A stretch of 63,079 nt of DNA, filler included, from Octopus bimaculoides (GCF_001194135.2; 7 parts of 6 records of this genome joined end to end with filler, not necessarily neighbours in it), one strand, 5' to 3'. Positions 50,231-63,073 are shown, counted from the whole stretch's first letter. The notes: generated by a model from the letters alone, not told the origin. Numbers and translations: made by a program.

Positions 50231-53072
50231 CTATATCCTTATAATAAAAACTACCTGGCCTCATGCTGTCAAAAATGACGGCAACTTGTAACAGTTTATA
50301 TGTGAATAGGTACAAAACGACGTTTTTAGTTTAATAATTCTTTTATTACCAATTTTTTTGTGAAAAATCTATCCGTACCTAACATCCCTTGACTGCTTGT
50401 TTCCTTCAAAAGAATTTTAAAGTTTTCCTTTCTTCTTGAACGACCTAAGGCCACATAAAGCTGGCCGTGATTAAATAGGGGATAGAATATGGATAGTAAA
50501 TCGAATTAATACACTTGTCAATGTTATCTGGTGGTTGTCTTTCGAGATGTGACATCGATCATCGTTTGTTACTGAACGATTCATACATACAAACATTCAC
50601 ATACTTACCTTGTACACGCACACACACATACATACATATACTCACACAGAGTTGAAACGCTGTTTGATTTTTCTTTTCAGCGTTGAATGTTCACCATCCT
50701 AATTTCATCGAACACACACACACACATACACGCACACACACACATTCACATACCTCAATTTTACACACACATAAACTCACACAGAACTGTTACTCTGATA
50801 TTATCTGCATAGTCCTGTTCGTCTTCTGCTCATCCAAAATCCTCTGAGCAGAAAACCTTCAAATGAATCTTATTCCTGTGTGTCAACTAGATTTTTAACC
50901 CTACCCTGCCAATATCATTGGTTTTCTGTTTGCTCACACAATGGGGGTACAGCTATTGGCTAATCTTGTAGTCTTGAGGGCATGGAGGAGTCATAGCAGT
51001 CTGACTGCCTATGCAAACCCTACTCAATCTCATGTTGTTGCGTATTACCTTCGTATCCTTCCGTATTTGTAATCCAAATTTAATAAGGTATGAAGGATAA
51101 AAATCTATATCATAGCTTTTGACTGTACTTCTGATCTTTCGTCTTCCATGTATTATGGAAATAGCTCTGTCAGTTTTCTCGCCTTGTCCTTAGTCCTGTA
51201 TATCAGTTACACACTTCTTTGCGCCTTTCTCCGGTGGATGGAGCGCGCATCGTGTTTCATATCATACCGGGTTTCCTCCAACTCCAGCCTCGAGAGTACG
51301 TGGAAGCCCTCAAATATACTTTCTCATTGAGTTCTCGGGCAAGGAAACCCTCCTTTTTTATGACATGTCTTTCCCATGTTTTTTGTTTTCCAGGAGCTGA
51401 TCCGAATTTTACTCGCATTCCAAGAAAAAGATGTATTACTTTGGCTGCCTTTGCCTTGGTAGTTAACATTTACACTTTCATTACTATTTTTGGTCATTTG
51501 TATATGTGAAGATAAAAATGTCCGCGTCTAAAATTGCATTTGTTTGCTAAATGAATTGTTATTATTCTTTTCGGTTTATTTAATCTTTTAAAGTCTGTTA
51601 ATATTTTTTTATTTTGAATTTATTCGTTGCTCTCTCCATTGTGGCCAGCACTTCATCCCGCTTTCCGAAGCTGGTCATATTGAATCACTTGTAAGCAAGC
51701 ACAATGGATGTTTGCAAAAATGTAATAAATGTCTAAAGACGAATTTTATTTTTCACCCCAGAGTAATGGAGTGAACGCTCAAATATTCTAAAGCCCTTTT
51801 GTTAGCAAAACAAACAACAAAAACTTCTTTTCTATTAAGTAAACGTGGCACAAATCCAATTTTCCTGGATCTCAGTTACAGGCGTCAGTTCATGACAAAC
51901 AACAGCAGAATAACAAAGCAACAACAACAACAATGATATTAATAAAAACAATATTTATAATAAAATGCACACATATAAAACACACTTCCATACGCAAAAA
52001 GACAGACACATGCGCATCTACACAAACAATTGTAAATGTCTATACACATTTACACACACATATCCGCGTATATATTACGTTTATGTTTATAACTATCCTT
52101 ACATCTCCTTCCGATATTCGCAGTCCCTCTCTTTCATTCAACACGCATATACACACAAAGGAAATATTTAGTTTGAAGAATTATAACGATTTTAATAGCA
52201 ATCTTTTGTGAGGTGAAAGTTATTAGAAGCCATCTTGACATGTGACTAGGCAAGAGGTTTCATGTCAGGTGATTTCGTCTTGCATAGAAGTTTACTCTCA
52301 GCTAATGCCTTTATTCTTTTAACCACTATATAATCTATCATTAATTTTCTGAAGCACATCAAAGCTTGGGATTCTTAACAACGTTGTATTAGGTGGATAA
52401 GTGGCAAGTTTCCGGTTGGATAATACAGCAGGTCAGTCAATCCTAAGTAAATTTTCAAAAAGCCAGGTGTATTTTCTTCATCTTCAGGCGAACCTGCCAT
52501 TATCGCCTTTGTTATTCATGCTTTCAGAAATTTATCAAGAATTTCCTTCCTTACATAAGTAAGAATGAGCAACATTCTGAGAAACACAAACAAAAATGTC
52601 CAAGGTTATGGCTAATGCCTTATCAATATTTATTGAGCATAACATTGTTGTTTTATAGTAAGTGCTTGTATTTCATCTTACACTTATTATAGTTATTGGG
52701 CCGCAGCCATGCTGGGGCACCACCTTGAAGGGTTTTCGTCGAACAAATTTCCCCCACTCGGTAATTCTTTTTCAAATGTGGTACATATTCTATTGGACTC
52801 ATTTTCCTAGCTGTTATCCAGCGGGGACGTAAGCAAGCCAAGTTGGCAGTCTGTGGGGGATGATAAGTAGACAAAAACATATACAATCATCCTCCTCTTC
52901 CTCCACTTCCTCTTCCTCCTCTTCTTCCTCCTCTTCTTCCTCCTCTTCTTCCTCCTCTTCTTCCTCCTCTTCNNNNNNNNNNNNNNNNNNNNNNNNNNNN
53001 NNNNNNNNNNNNNNNNTTAATTAATTAANNNNNNNNNNNNNNNNNNNNNNNNNNNNNNNNNNNNNNNNNNNN

Positions 53073-53105
<33 letters not shown>

Positions 53106-53754
53106 TATGGTAGTTAATACATTCACATACACATGTGCATAACAGCATAATATATTTTTTCAGATACTGTTGGTTATAATAATAGCAGTATAAAATACAT
53201 TTCAATATTGACCGCATATAAAGACTAAAAACTGGCAGAACCATTAGCATGCCAGGCGGGATGCTTAGTGGCATTTCGTCCATATGTATGTTCATCTTCA
53301 TTGTCGTCATTGTTTAACAGCTGCTTTCCATGCTGGCATGGGTTGGACAGTTTGACATGGAGGCTGGCTAGCTGGGGAACAATCCAGAGTCCAATTATCT
53401 GTTGTGGCATGGTTTCTGTGGCTGGATGCCCTTCGTAAATGCCAACCACTTTATAGAGTGTGTTGAGTGCTTTCTATGTGCCACTGGCACAGGTGCTTTT
53501 TATGTGGCATTGGCACCTGAAAGGACAAGCCCACATGTGTGTGGAAGACTAATTTTATTTAGCTTGATGTGTTCAAATTCTGACTTCAAATTCTACTGAG
53601 GTCGACTTTACCTTTCATCCTTTAGGGGTTGATAAAATAAATACCAATTGAGCCTTGGGGCCAATGTAATTGATTTACCTCTTCCACAAAATTGCTGCCT
53701 TGTGCCAAAATGTGAAACCAATAGTAACCACCACACACATTTATATATTTCTTC

Positions 53755-53981
53755 ATCTTTTATTTTTTATGTTTCATTCATTGACTTATGGCCATGCTGG
53801 GGCACTATGTTCAAGGGTTTTCATCAAACGAATTGACCCCAGTACTTATTTATTGAAGTCTGATACTTATTCGGTTAGTTTCTTTTACTGAGTCACTGAG
53901 TTATGGGGATGTAAACAAACCAACACCAGTCATTATCAAACAGTTGTGGGGGATAGATACAAAAACACACATACACACACG

Positions 53982-54014
<33 letters not shown>

Positions 54015-55490
54015 GCGCGCGACTGGCATCTTTCAGTTTCTGTCTATCAAATCCACTCACAAGGCTTTGGTCAGTCTGGGGGCTATGATAGAAGGCATTT
54101 GCCTAAGATGCCATGCAGTGGGACTGAACCCAGAACCATGAGGTGGAAAAGTAAACTTCTTACCACACAGCCACATCTGCATCTATATGTAACACAATAT
54201 ATTTCAAACATTGATGTATATAGTTAGTAGTACAAAATAGAAGTATAAAATACAGTCCAGTATTGACCACAAATGAAGAGAATACACACACAGATACACA
54301 CACCATCATCTTTAGCTCTGTTTCCGGCTACTCCCAGCCACTCATGTAATACAGGATAGTCATGTATCTCCTCTATTGTGAAGACACATGTACCTGTCCC
54401 TGTCATACTGTAGCCTCAGAATAACACCTGGCACCATAAAGCCACCTCCCTCTCTTATACAACCCCACTCAATGGAGGGGTCTTTTTCTTTGGCTTGTAA
54501 TTTATTTGCTGACCACACTAATGCTTGTGGTGGTGTCATGCAAGAAAAAAAAAAGCACTTAGTACACTTTGTTAAGTGGTTGGCTTTAAGAAGGGCATCC
54601 AGCCATAGAAACCATACCAAAGCAGACATTGGAACTTGGCCTAATCCTGCGGGTCCTTGGAGAGAATTACATACACACAGGTACATTCAAAATATATCAT
54701 TACTGATCCTATGTCTAAAGAAGCATTCCAGTTTTCATTTGTAGCTGTGTGGTAAGAAGTTTGCTTCATAATTACATGGTTCTGGGTGGAGACTCAATGG
54801 CCCAGTGGTTAGGGCAGCGGACACGCGGTCATAGGATCGTGGTTTCGATTCCCAGACCAGGCGTTGTGAGTGTTTATTGAGCGAAAACACCTAAAGTTCC
54901 ATGAGGCTCCCGCAGGGGATGGTGGCAAACCCTGCTGTACTCTTTCACCACAACTTTCTCTCACTCTTACTTCCTGTTTCTGTTGTGCCTGTAATTCAAA
55001 GGGTCAGCCTTGTCACACTGTCACGCTGAATATCCCTGAAAATTATGTTTAGGGTACACGTGTCTGTGGAGTGCTCAGCCACTTGAACGTTAATTTCACG
55101 AGCAGGGTGTTTCATTGATCAGATCAACTGGAACCCTCGACGTCGTAAGCGACAGAGTGCCAACAACATGGTTTTGGGTTCAGTCTCACTGTGTAGCATC
55201 TTAGGGAAAGTGTTTTCTACTATAGCCTGAGGTGGACAAAGCCTTGTGAGTGGATTTGGTTGACAGAAACTGAAAGAAGCCCATCACATGTGTGTGTGTG
55301 TATTTGTGTCTGTGTTTGCCCCCCACCCCACCCCCACTGCTTGGTAACTGGTGTTGGTGTGTTTACATCACTGCAACTTAACAGTTCAGCAAAAGGCCTG
55401 ATAGGATAAGTACTAGGCTTAAACAGAAAATAAGTACTCGGGTCAATTAGTTCAACTAAAATTCCTCATTGCGGTACCCCTGCATGGCCC
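53755..55490. mobile_element. SINE family B copies (53755-54182 -; 54741-55490 + interrupted by a family C insertion)
   Basis: Family B consensus; the nested insertion has a 14-bp TSD. Confidence 0.8.
54788..55165 (+). mobile_element. tRNA-derived SINE family C nested in a family B SINE
   Basis: ggagactcaatggcccagtggttagggcagc...gagtgccaacaac. TSD acatggtt(c/t)tgggt at 54774-54787 and 55166-55179. Confidence 0.9.
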
Positions 55491-55598
55491 TGACTATTAC
55501 ATAATGATAATGGCAGCAGTGGTGGTGAGTGCACAAGCAATGGCAGCAGTGATGGTAGAGCATGTACAGTTAGTATTCATGGTTCGCATACATATATA

Positions 55599-55720
55599 AT
55601 GGTTGTGGTGATGATGATTGTTGTAATGTTGATGATGGTGATAATGTTGGTGGTGGAGGATGTGGTGATGGTGGTTTTGGTAATGTTGGTGGTGCTGGTG
55701 GTTGTGGTGGTAGTGGAGCT

Positions 55721-55751
<31 letters not shown>

Positions 55752-56590
55752 GTGGTAATGGTGGTGGTGGTGGTGGTGGTATTGGTTGTGGTGGTGGTGA
55801 TGATGNNNNNNNNNNNNNNNNNNNNNNNNNNNNNNNNNNNNNNNNNNNNNNNNNNNNNNNNNNNNNNNNNNNNNNNNNNNNNNNNNNNNNNNNNNNNNNN
55901 NNNNNNNNNNNNNNNNNNNNNNNNNNNNNNNNNNNNNNNNNNNNNNNNNNNNNNNNNNNNNNNNNNNNNNNNNNNNNNNNNNNNNNNNNNNNNNNNNNNN
56001 NNNNNNNNNNNNNNNNNNNNNNNNNNNNNNNNNNNNNNNNNNNNNNNNNNNNNNNNNNNNNNNNNNNNNNNNNNNNNNNNNNNNNNNNNNNNNNNNNNNN
56101 NNNNNNNNNNNNNNNNNNNNNNNNNNNNNNNNNNNNNNNNNNNNNNNNNNNNNNNNNNNNNNNNNNNNNNNNNNNNNNNNNNNNNNNNNNNNNNNNNNNN
56201 NNNNNNNNNNNNNNNNNNNNNNNNNNNNNNNNNNNNNNNNNNNNNNNNNNNNNNNNNNNNNNNNNNNNNNNNNNNNNNNNNNNNNNNNNNNNNNNNNNNN
56301 NNNNNNNNNNNNNNNNNNNNNNNNNNNNNNNTGATGATGATGATGGTGGTGGTTGTGGTGGTAGTGGAGGTGGTAGTGGTGGTGGTGGTGGTGATGGTGG
56401 TGGTAGTGGAGGTGGTAGTGGTGGTGGTATTGGTGGTGGTGGTCGTGGTGGTGCTGGTGGTTGTGGTGGTAGTGGAGGTGGTGGTGATGGTGGTGATGGT
56501 TGTGGTGGTGCTGGTGGTAGTGGTGGTGGTATTGGTAGTGTTGGTGGTGGTGGTGGTGATGGTGGTGGTGGTGGTAAATGTAGTGGTGTT
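55599..56590. repeat. (GGT)n-rich trinucleotide repeat with an internal gap
   Basis: Degenerate GGT/GAT/AGT triplets immediately upstream of the SLC44A1 exon acceptor. Confidence 0.9.
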
Positions 56591-56668
56591 GGGTATGGAT
56601 TTAATTTAGTTCTACTTTTTTTACATTTTTCTCTTTCCTTTCTTTCATTTCAGCCGAGATATAGCAGA

Positions 56669-56698
56669 ATGGCGTGTTGTGGATGTGAAGACGATAAG
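56669..56698 (+). CDS. SLC44A1: Choline transporter-like protein 1 (CTL1/SLC44A1-like), first coding exon, MACCGCEDDK
   Basis: Acceptor ttcatttcag| ends at 56653, so the exon starts at 56654. ATG at 56669, donor AAG|gtagta at 56699. The short Cys-rich N-terminal exon parallels vertebrate SLC44A1 (MGCC...) and joins in phase 0 to the 60484 exon. Confidence 0.75.
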
Positions 56699-56939
56699 GT
56701 AGTATAAATTGATCTTGTTGCTACTGCTGCTGTTGCAGTTGATATTATTGATGTGCTTATTGTTGTTACTGTTGCAGGTTTTGTTTTTTTTGAATCCTTG
56801 TACACATGTGCATGCGCACACACACACAAATGAGTAGTATAAGATTTGGTAAAGAAATTGTGTGGCTACCGCAGTAAGCTTTTCTTATGGACTCAGCTAT
56901 CAGTTCATGTAGAGATCAATTACAAAGTAGTGTAATGTA

Positions 56940-57105
56940 TCTATATCATCATTATTGTTTGACGTCCGCCTTTCATGATGGTATGGGTGGGATGGTTTGA
57001 CATGGGTGAACCTGCCAGACAGAAGCCTGCACCAGACTTCTGTGACTGTTTTGGCAGAATTTTTACAGCTGGATGCCCTTCCTAACACCAACCACTTAGC
57101 AAAGT
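56940..57105 (-). mobile_element. Retroposon tail family (catcatcgtttaacgtccgc...ctggatgcccttcctaac); further copies ~53300-53480, 58600-58800 (+), 60860-61020
   Basis: Shared gcatgggttgga.ggtttgac and ctggatgcccttc.taa.gccaacca motifs. Confidence 0.7.
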
Positions 57106-57138
57106 GGACTAATATATATATATATATATATATATATA

Positions 57139-57547
57139 GGCGCAGGAGTGGCTGTGTGGTAAGTAGCTTGCTTACCAACCACATGGTTCCGGGTTCAGTC
57201 CCACTGCGTGGCACCTTGGGCAAGTGTCTTCTACTATAGCCTCGGGCCAACCAAAGCCTTGTGAGTGGATTTGGTAAACGGAAACTGAAAGAAGCCCGTC
57301 GTATATATATATGTATATGTATGTGTGTGTGTGTGTTTTGTGTCTGTGTTTGTCTCCCTAGCATTGCTTGACAACCGATGCTGGTGTGTTTATGTCCCCG
57401 TCACTTAGCGGTTCGGCAAAAGAGACACATAGAATAAGTACTAGGCTTACAAAGAATAAGTCCCAGGGTCGATTTGCTCGACTAAAGGTGGTGCTCCAGC
57501 ATGGCCGCAGTCAAATGACTGAAACACGTAAAAAGAGTAAAAGAGTA
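57139..57547 (+). mobile_element. tRNA-derived SINE family B, full length
   Basis: ggcgcaggagtggctgtgtggtaag (A box), gggttcagtccc (B box), internal TA/TG microsatellite, tail gactgaaacacgtaaaagagtaaaagag; inserted in a TA tract. Confidence 0.95.
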
Positions 57548-58116
57548 TATATTTAAGGACGATGAAGGAAACACCCATGTTTCCAGAGGTGAATTATTCA
57601 AACCCCAAAGAATTCCTCTCAACACATTGCTATGATGCTCCCTGACTAATTCTGCTTGTGATCAGAGATGCACATACCATCAGCTGCTAAGAGACATACT
57701 CAACTGGTTAAAGTCAAGCAACTGACAAGCAAATCTGCAGTGTTGAACAGAATATTTGCTGTAGCCCATCTTTTACACTAAGAAAAAACATACATGATAA
57801 CACTTCCAATCAGTTAAGATCAAAAGCCATGAGAGCCACTGTCTGGTACTGCACCAGGGCATTTATTATTATCATTATTATTGTGAGGAGCTGGCAGAAT
57901 CATTAGCGGTATTTAGCCTGCTACTATGTTCTGAGTTCAAATTCCACCAAGGTTGACTTTAACTTTTCATCCTTTTGAGGTCGATTAAATTAGTACCAGT
58001 TACACACTGGGATTGATGTAATCGACTTAATCCCTTCCCCCAAATTTGAGGCCTTGTGCTTCCAGTAGAAAGGATTATTATTATTATTGTTATTATTATT
58101 GTTATTATTATTATTA

Positions 58117-58183
<67 letters not shown>

Positions 58184-58202
58184 TTTTGGTCATCATGTAC
58201 AA

Positions 58203-58319
58203 GTATGAGTATGTATGTATTCATTATTTTATTTTATTCAATTTTAGAAAAATAGAAGCACGTCTTGGACAATTCTGGAACATTGAACCTATTTTGTGCG
58301 TGACTTTTGGCACACCCTG
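58203..58319. mobile_element. Single mariner-type terminus
   Basis: Ends ...gtgacttttggcacaccctgTA, i.e. a CAGGGTG-type TIR like the 6491 MITE. The other end was not found. Confidence 0.4.
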
Positions 58320-59097
58320 TATAGTGTGGCTAAATATAGGCATGTGAATATATTTGCAACATGTCAACAAACATACTGTAGGTGCAGATGTGGTTGTGTG
58401 GTAAGAAGTTTGCATCTCAACCACATGGTTCTGGGTTGAATCCCACTGTGTGATACTTTGGGCAAGTGTCTTCTGCTATAGCTCTGGGCTGAACAAGGCC
58501 CTGTGAATGGATTTGGTTACTGGAAACTGAAACTAGCCTGTCATATATACATATGTATACATGTGTGTGTTGCTGACTCCATGCCTTGACATCAAATGAT
58601 ATTTGTAAATGAATGTCACCATCATACAAGTGGTGTCCTTTGCTACCAAGTTTCCCTGAAAAGATGTCTGGTCATTGGGAAATATTTACCTTACTTGGAG
58701 ACAGGTGAGAGTTGGCAACAGAAAGGGCATCTGGCTATAGAAAATTTGCCTCAACAAACTCAGTCTGACCCATGCCAACATGGAAAAGTGGACAGTAAAA
58801 TGAATTGAGCACCGTATTCAATCAATCTTCAGTGTGTTTTTTATGTATTTAAAATATCTGTCTTTAACTAGTGCATGTGTTATATATATGTGTGTGTGTG
58901 TGTGTGTTTATATAATGTGACTAGGTTGTCAGAAACACCCACATTGCTAGAAACAAGAGCCAAAGCACTCCAGTGCTGCAGCTAACGTACATGAATGAAA
59001 ACACACTCACCAACAAGGTCCATAATTGTATGAAAAATACCGATCGAGCAAAGCTGTGTGAGTGGATTTAGTAGATGGAAACTGGAAGAAGTCCGTC

Positions 59098-59131
<34 letters not shown>

Positions 59132-60277
59132 NNNNNNNNNNNNNNNNNNNNNNNNNNNNNNNNNNNNNNNNNNNNNNNNNNNNNNNNNNNNNNNNNNNNN
59201 NNNNNNNNNNNNNNNNNNNNNNNNNNNNNNNNNNNNNNNNNNNNNNNNNNNNNNNNNNNNNNNNNNNNNNNNNNNNNNNNNNNNNNNNNNNNNNNNNNNN
59301 NNNNNNNNNNNNNNNNNNNNNNNNNNNNNNNNNNNNNNNNNNNNNNNNNNNNNNNNNNNNNNNNNNNNNNNNNNNNNNNNNNNNNNNNNNNNNNNNNNNN
59401 NNNNNNNNNNNNNNNNNNNNNNNNNNNNNNNNNNNNNNNNNNNNNNNNNNNNNNNNNNNNNNNNNNNNNNNNNNNNNNNNNNNNNNNNNNNNNNNNNNNN
59501 NNNNNNNNNNNNNNNNNNNNNNNNNNNNNNNNNNNNNNNNNNNNNNNNNNNNNNNNNNNNNNNNNNNNNNNNNNNNNNNNNNNNNNNNNNNNNNNNNNNN
59601 NNNNNNNNNNNNNNNNNNNNNNNNNNNNNNNNNNNNNNNNNNNNNNNNNNNNNNNNNNNNNNNNNNNNNNNNNNNNNNNNNNNNNNNNNNNNNNNNNNNN
59701 NNNNNNNNNNNNNNNNNNNNNNNNNNNNNNNNNNNNNNNNNNNNNNNNNNNNNNNNNNNNNNNNNNNNNNNNNNNNNNNNNNNNNNNNNNNNNNNNNNNN
59801 NNNNNNNNNNNNNNNNNNNNNNNNNNNNNNNNNNNNNNNNNNNNNNNNNNNNNNNNNNNNNNNNNNNNNNNNNNNNNNNNNNNNACATATAGAAAAATTA
59901 ATAATTAATATATATATATATATAATATCAATATATTATAAATTAACTACCAACAAAAATAATTGGTAAGTTAACTCAAAAAATCATCACCAAAATAGCA
60001 GAAAAAAACGACAGTGAAGGTATGCAGACTCTTCAAGAATTGATCCTTTTGGTTATATTAATAATAATAAAGGAGTTACGACGCAAAAACGTATATATTC
60101 AAATGAACATATTTATCTTCTTCAATATATATTTCAGTATAAAGAATTTATTAAGAGACTTAATAAATCAAAATTTCTTTACACATCATTCAGGAATAAA
60201 TATAACACTTTATTCAATCAATGTTAAATGTTTTTTTTGTATTTAAAATATCTGTCTTTAACTGGTGTATATATGTA

Positions 60278-60319
<42 letters not shown>

Positions 60320-60483
60320 AACATAAGCTTTATTCAATCAATGTTAAGTGGGTTTTTTTGTACTCATAATATTTATCTCCAAGTGCTTTGATAAGTTGTC
60401 AACCAGTTTTAGATTAGTGTAATCTTTTTTTAAATGGTTTTCTTGATTGTTATTTATTTATTTATTGTTTTATTTTGTTGCAG

Positions 60484-60585
60484 AAGAAGGAAGAGTATGT
60501 TAGCGATCTGAGTAGTCCCGTACATAACAGAGGATGTACAGATATCTTCTGTTTAGTGGTATTCCTCCTCTTCTGGATTGGCATG
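60484..60585 (+). CDS. SLC44A1: CTL1/SLC44A1-like coding exon 2, KKEEYVSDLSSPVHNRGCTDIFCLVVFLLFWIGM
   Basis: Polypyrimidine tract plus ttgcag| acceptor and ATG|gtaagt donor; 102 nt, phase 0/0. It carries the SLC44 family RxCTDxxC motif and the first TM segment. The exon ends at ...IGM, as I recall human SLC44A1 exon 2 does (RSCTDIPWLLLFILFCIGM). The rest of the gene lies beyond the window. Confidence 0.9.
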
Positions 60586-61391
60586 GTAAGTAATAACAGA
60601 AAAATAAGCTCATTCTAATTTGTTGTTAACTCTTTCACATTTAAACTGGCCATATCCAGTCCAAGTACTCTATCATCATCATCTATGTTAGATGTTCAAA
60701 TTGACCACATGCATTCTCTCACACCTACGCTACAATATTACTCCAAATCACATCATAGAAATCTTGAAGTTATGTGATAAATGCATAATTAATTCAAAAG
60801 AATTACATTTGACTGGATAATCTGAATGCTAAGTAGTTAATCCAAAATAGATTTATTCTGACATCATCATCATCAACATCGTTTAACATAGGTTTAGCAT
60901 GGGTTGGCTGGTTTGACATGGAGCTGGCTAGCAGGGAGCTGTCCAGACTCCAACTGTTTATTGTGGTATGGTTTCTATGGCTGGATGCCCTTCCTAATGC
61001 TAACCATTTAACAGAGTGTTATCTTGTAGCTTCAAGATTTTATTGTACATTTTTAGAATGCCATTGTGGGGTAGGTGCAAGAGATGAAATTTGGCTGACT
61101 TGAGTGTCAAATGGGTAAAATATTTAGGCAGGATATGGCCAGTTTAAATATTAAATGGTTAAATGCTACAAGGTTAAGCATACACAATAGGGGTATTAAC
61201 CACTGACATATATATGCTATTTATATTTTCATATAATATATACAATATATAAATGTACCATTTATTTACTACATAAAGCATATTCTATGAGCTAAACGCA
61301 TCACAGGTATAGTACAGAAAACATTAATAAGTGATTAAAAAAATAGCTTATTGGACAGAACAAAATATATATATATATATATATATATCGA

Positions 61392-61690
61392 GGGTCCCGG
61401 CTGATACGATCAATGGAACAGCCTGCTCGTGAAATTAACGTGCAAGTGGCCTGAGCAATCCACAGACATATGTACCCTTAATGTAGTTTTCAGGGAGATT
61501 CAGCATGACACAGAGTGTGACAAGGCTGGCCCTTTGAAATACAGATACTACTCATTTTTGCCAGCTGAGTGAACTGGAGCAACGTGAAATAAAGTGTCTT
61601 GCTCAAGGACATAACGCATCGCTGGGAATCGAACTCACGACCATACAATTGCCAGTAGAATGCCCTAACCACTAAGCCACATGTCTTCAC
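61392..61690 (-). mobile_element. SINE family D
   Basis: Reverse complement of the family D consensus, inside the SLC44A1 intron after exon 2. Confidence 0.85.
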
Positions 61691-62726
61691 TATTATATAT
61701 ATATATATATATNNNNNNNNNNNNNNNNNNNNNNNNNNNNNNNNNNNNNNNNNNNNNNNNNNNNNNNNNNNNNNNNNNNNNNNNNNNNNNNNNNNNNNNN
61801 NNNNNNNNNNNNNNNNNNNNNNNNNNNNNNNNNNNNNNNNNNNNNNNNNNNNNNNNNNNNNNNNNNNNNNNNNNNNNNNNNNNNNNNNNNNNNNNNNNNN
61901 NNNNNNNNNNNNNNNNNNNNNNNNNNNNNNNNNNNNNNNNNNNNNNNNNNNNNNNNNNNNNNNNNNNNNNNNNNNNNNNNNNNNNNNNNNNNNNNNNNNN
62001 NNNNNNNNNNNNNNNNNNNNNNNNNNNNNNNNNNNNNNNNNNNNNNNNNNNNNNNNNNNNNNNNNNNNNNNNNNNNNNNNNNNNNNNNNNNNNNNNNNNN
62101 NNNNNNNNNNNNNNNNNNNNNNNNNNNNNNNNNNNNNNNNNNNNNNNNNNNNNNNNNNNNNNNNNNNNNNNNNNNNNNNNNNNNNNNNNNNNNNNNNNNN
62201 NNNNNNNNNNNNNNNNNNNNNNNNNNNNNNNNNNNNNNNNNNNNNNNNNNNNNNNNNNNNNNNNNNNNNNNNNNNNNNNNNNNNNNNNNNNNNNNNNNTG
62301 GCAGACTGTTGAATGCCTTCAGAGTAACATTGAGAAACATTGGGAAAGAGTAAGACAGGAAACAGAAAGCAGCAGCAACTCTTGTAATGAAAAAACACCA
62401 ATGATAGCCAAGCACAGCACAGAGGGTAAAACACAAAAAGACAGAAAAGTGAATAGTAAAAGATCTATAAAGAAGAAAGGGTACATAGGAACATCAGGAA
62501 TAGTGTTGGTGAATTTCAAGAAACATGGGGCTTTTGAAGGATGCAGTGGCCTAACAGCTAGCAACTGATGCAGAAAGTTTATTCTATGCTTCAGCAATTC
62601 TGAGTGTGACAAAATATTTCTAAAAGTCATGGGTGCTGTACAGATCTTTAACTCATAGTAGAGGTATTAAATTCAAAACGGTGCCCAAAGTTGTTGTTGG
62701 AAAAATGGTGGATAATCTTGTGGGGT

Positions 62727-63073
62727 GGAAGCGCAATGGCCCAGTGGTTAGGGCAGCGAACTCGCGGTCATAGAATCGCGGTTTCGATTCCCAGACCGGG
62801 CGTTGTGAGTGTTTATTGAGCGAAAACACCTAAAGCTCCACGAGGCTCCGGCAGGGGATGGTGGCAAACCCTGCTGTACTCTTTCACCACAACTTTCTCT
62901 CACTCTTACTTCCTGTTTCTGTTGTGCCTGTAATTCAAAGGGTCAGCCTTGTCACACTGTGTCATGCTGAATATCCCCGAGAACTACATTAAGGGTACAC
63001 GAGCAGGCTGTTCTGTTGATCGGATCAACTGGAACCCTCGACGTTGTAAGCGACGGAGTGCCAACAACAACAA
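62727..63073 (+). mobile_element. SINE family C
   Basis: ggaagcgcaatggcccagtggttagggcagcg...ggtttcgattccc...gacggagtgccaacaacaacaa. Confidence 0.9.

Noticed and set aside
12496-53028. TTAATTAATTAA islands centred in 100-nt gaps (12496, 30000, 32895, 39636, 48844, 53017)
   Set aside because: The identical N-flanked 12-mer has stops in all six frames. It is a scaffolding linker, not biology.
55599-56609. 336-aa poly-Val ORF
   Set aside because: It is a translation of a (GGT)n repeat plus a gap, lying upstream of a real splice acceptor.
874-62568. Long ORFs in the supplied track (poly-X, poly-I/Y/N/H, YIYI, THTH)
   Set aside because: They are read-through of N gaps and microsatellites, with no protein-like content.
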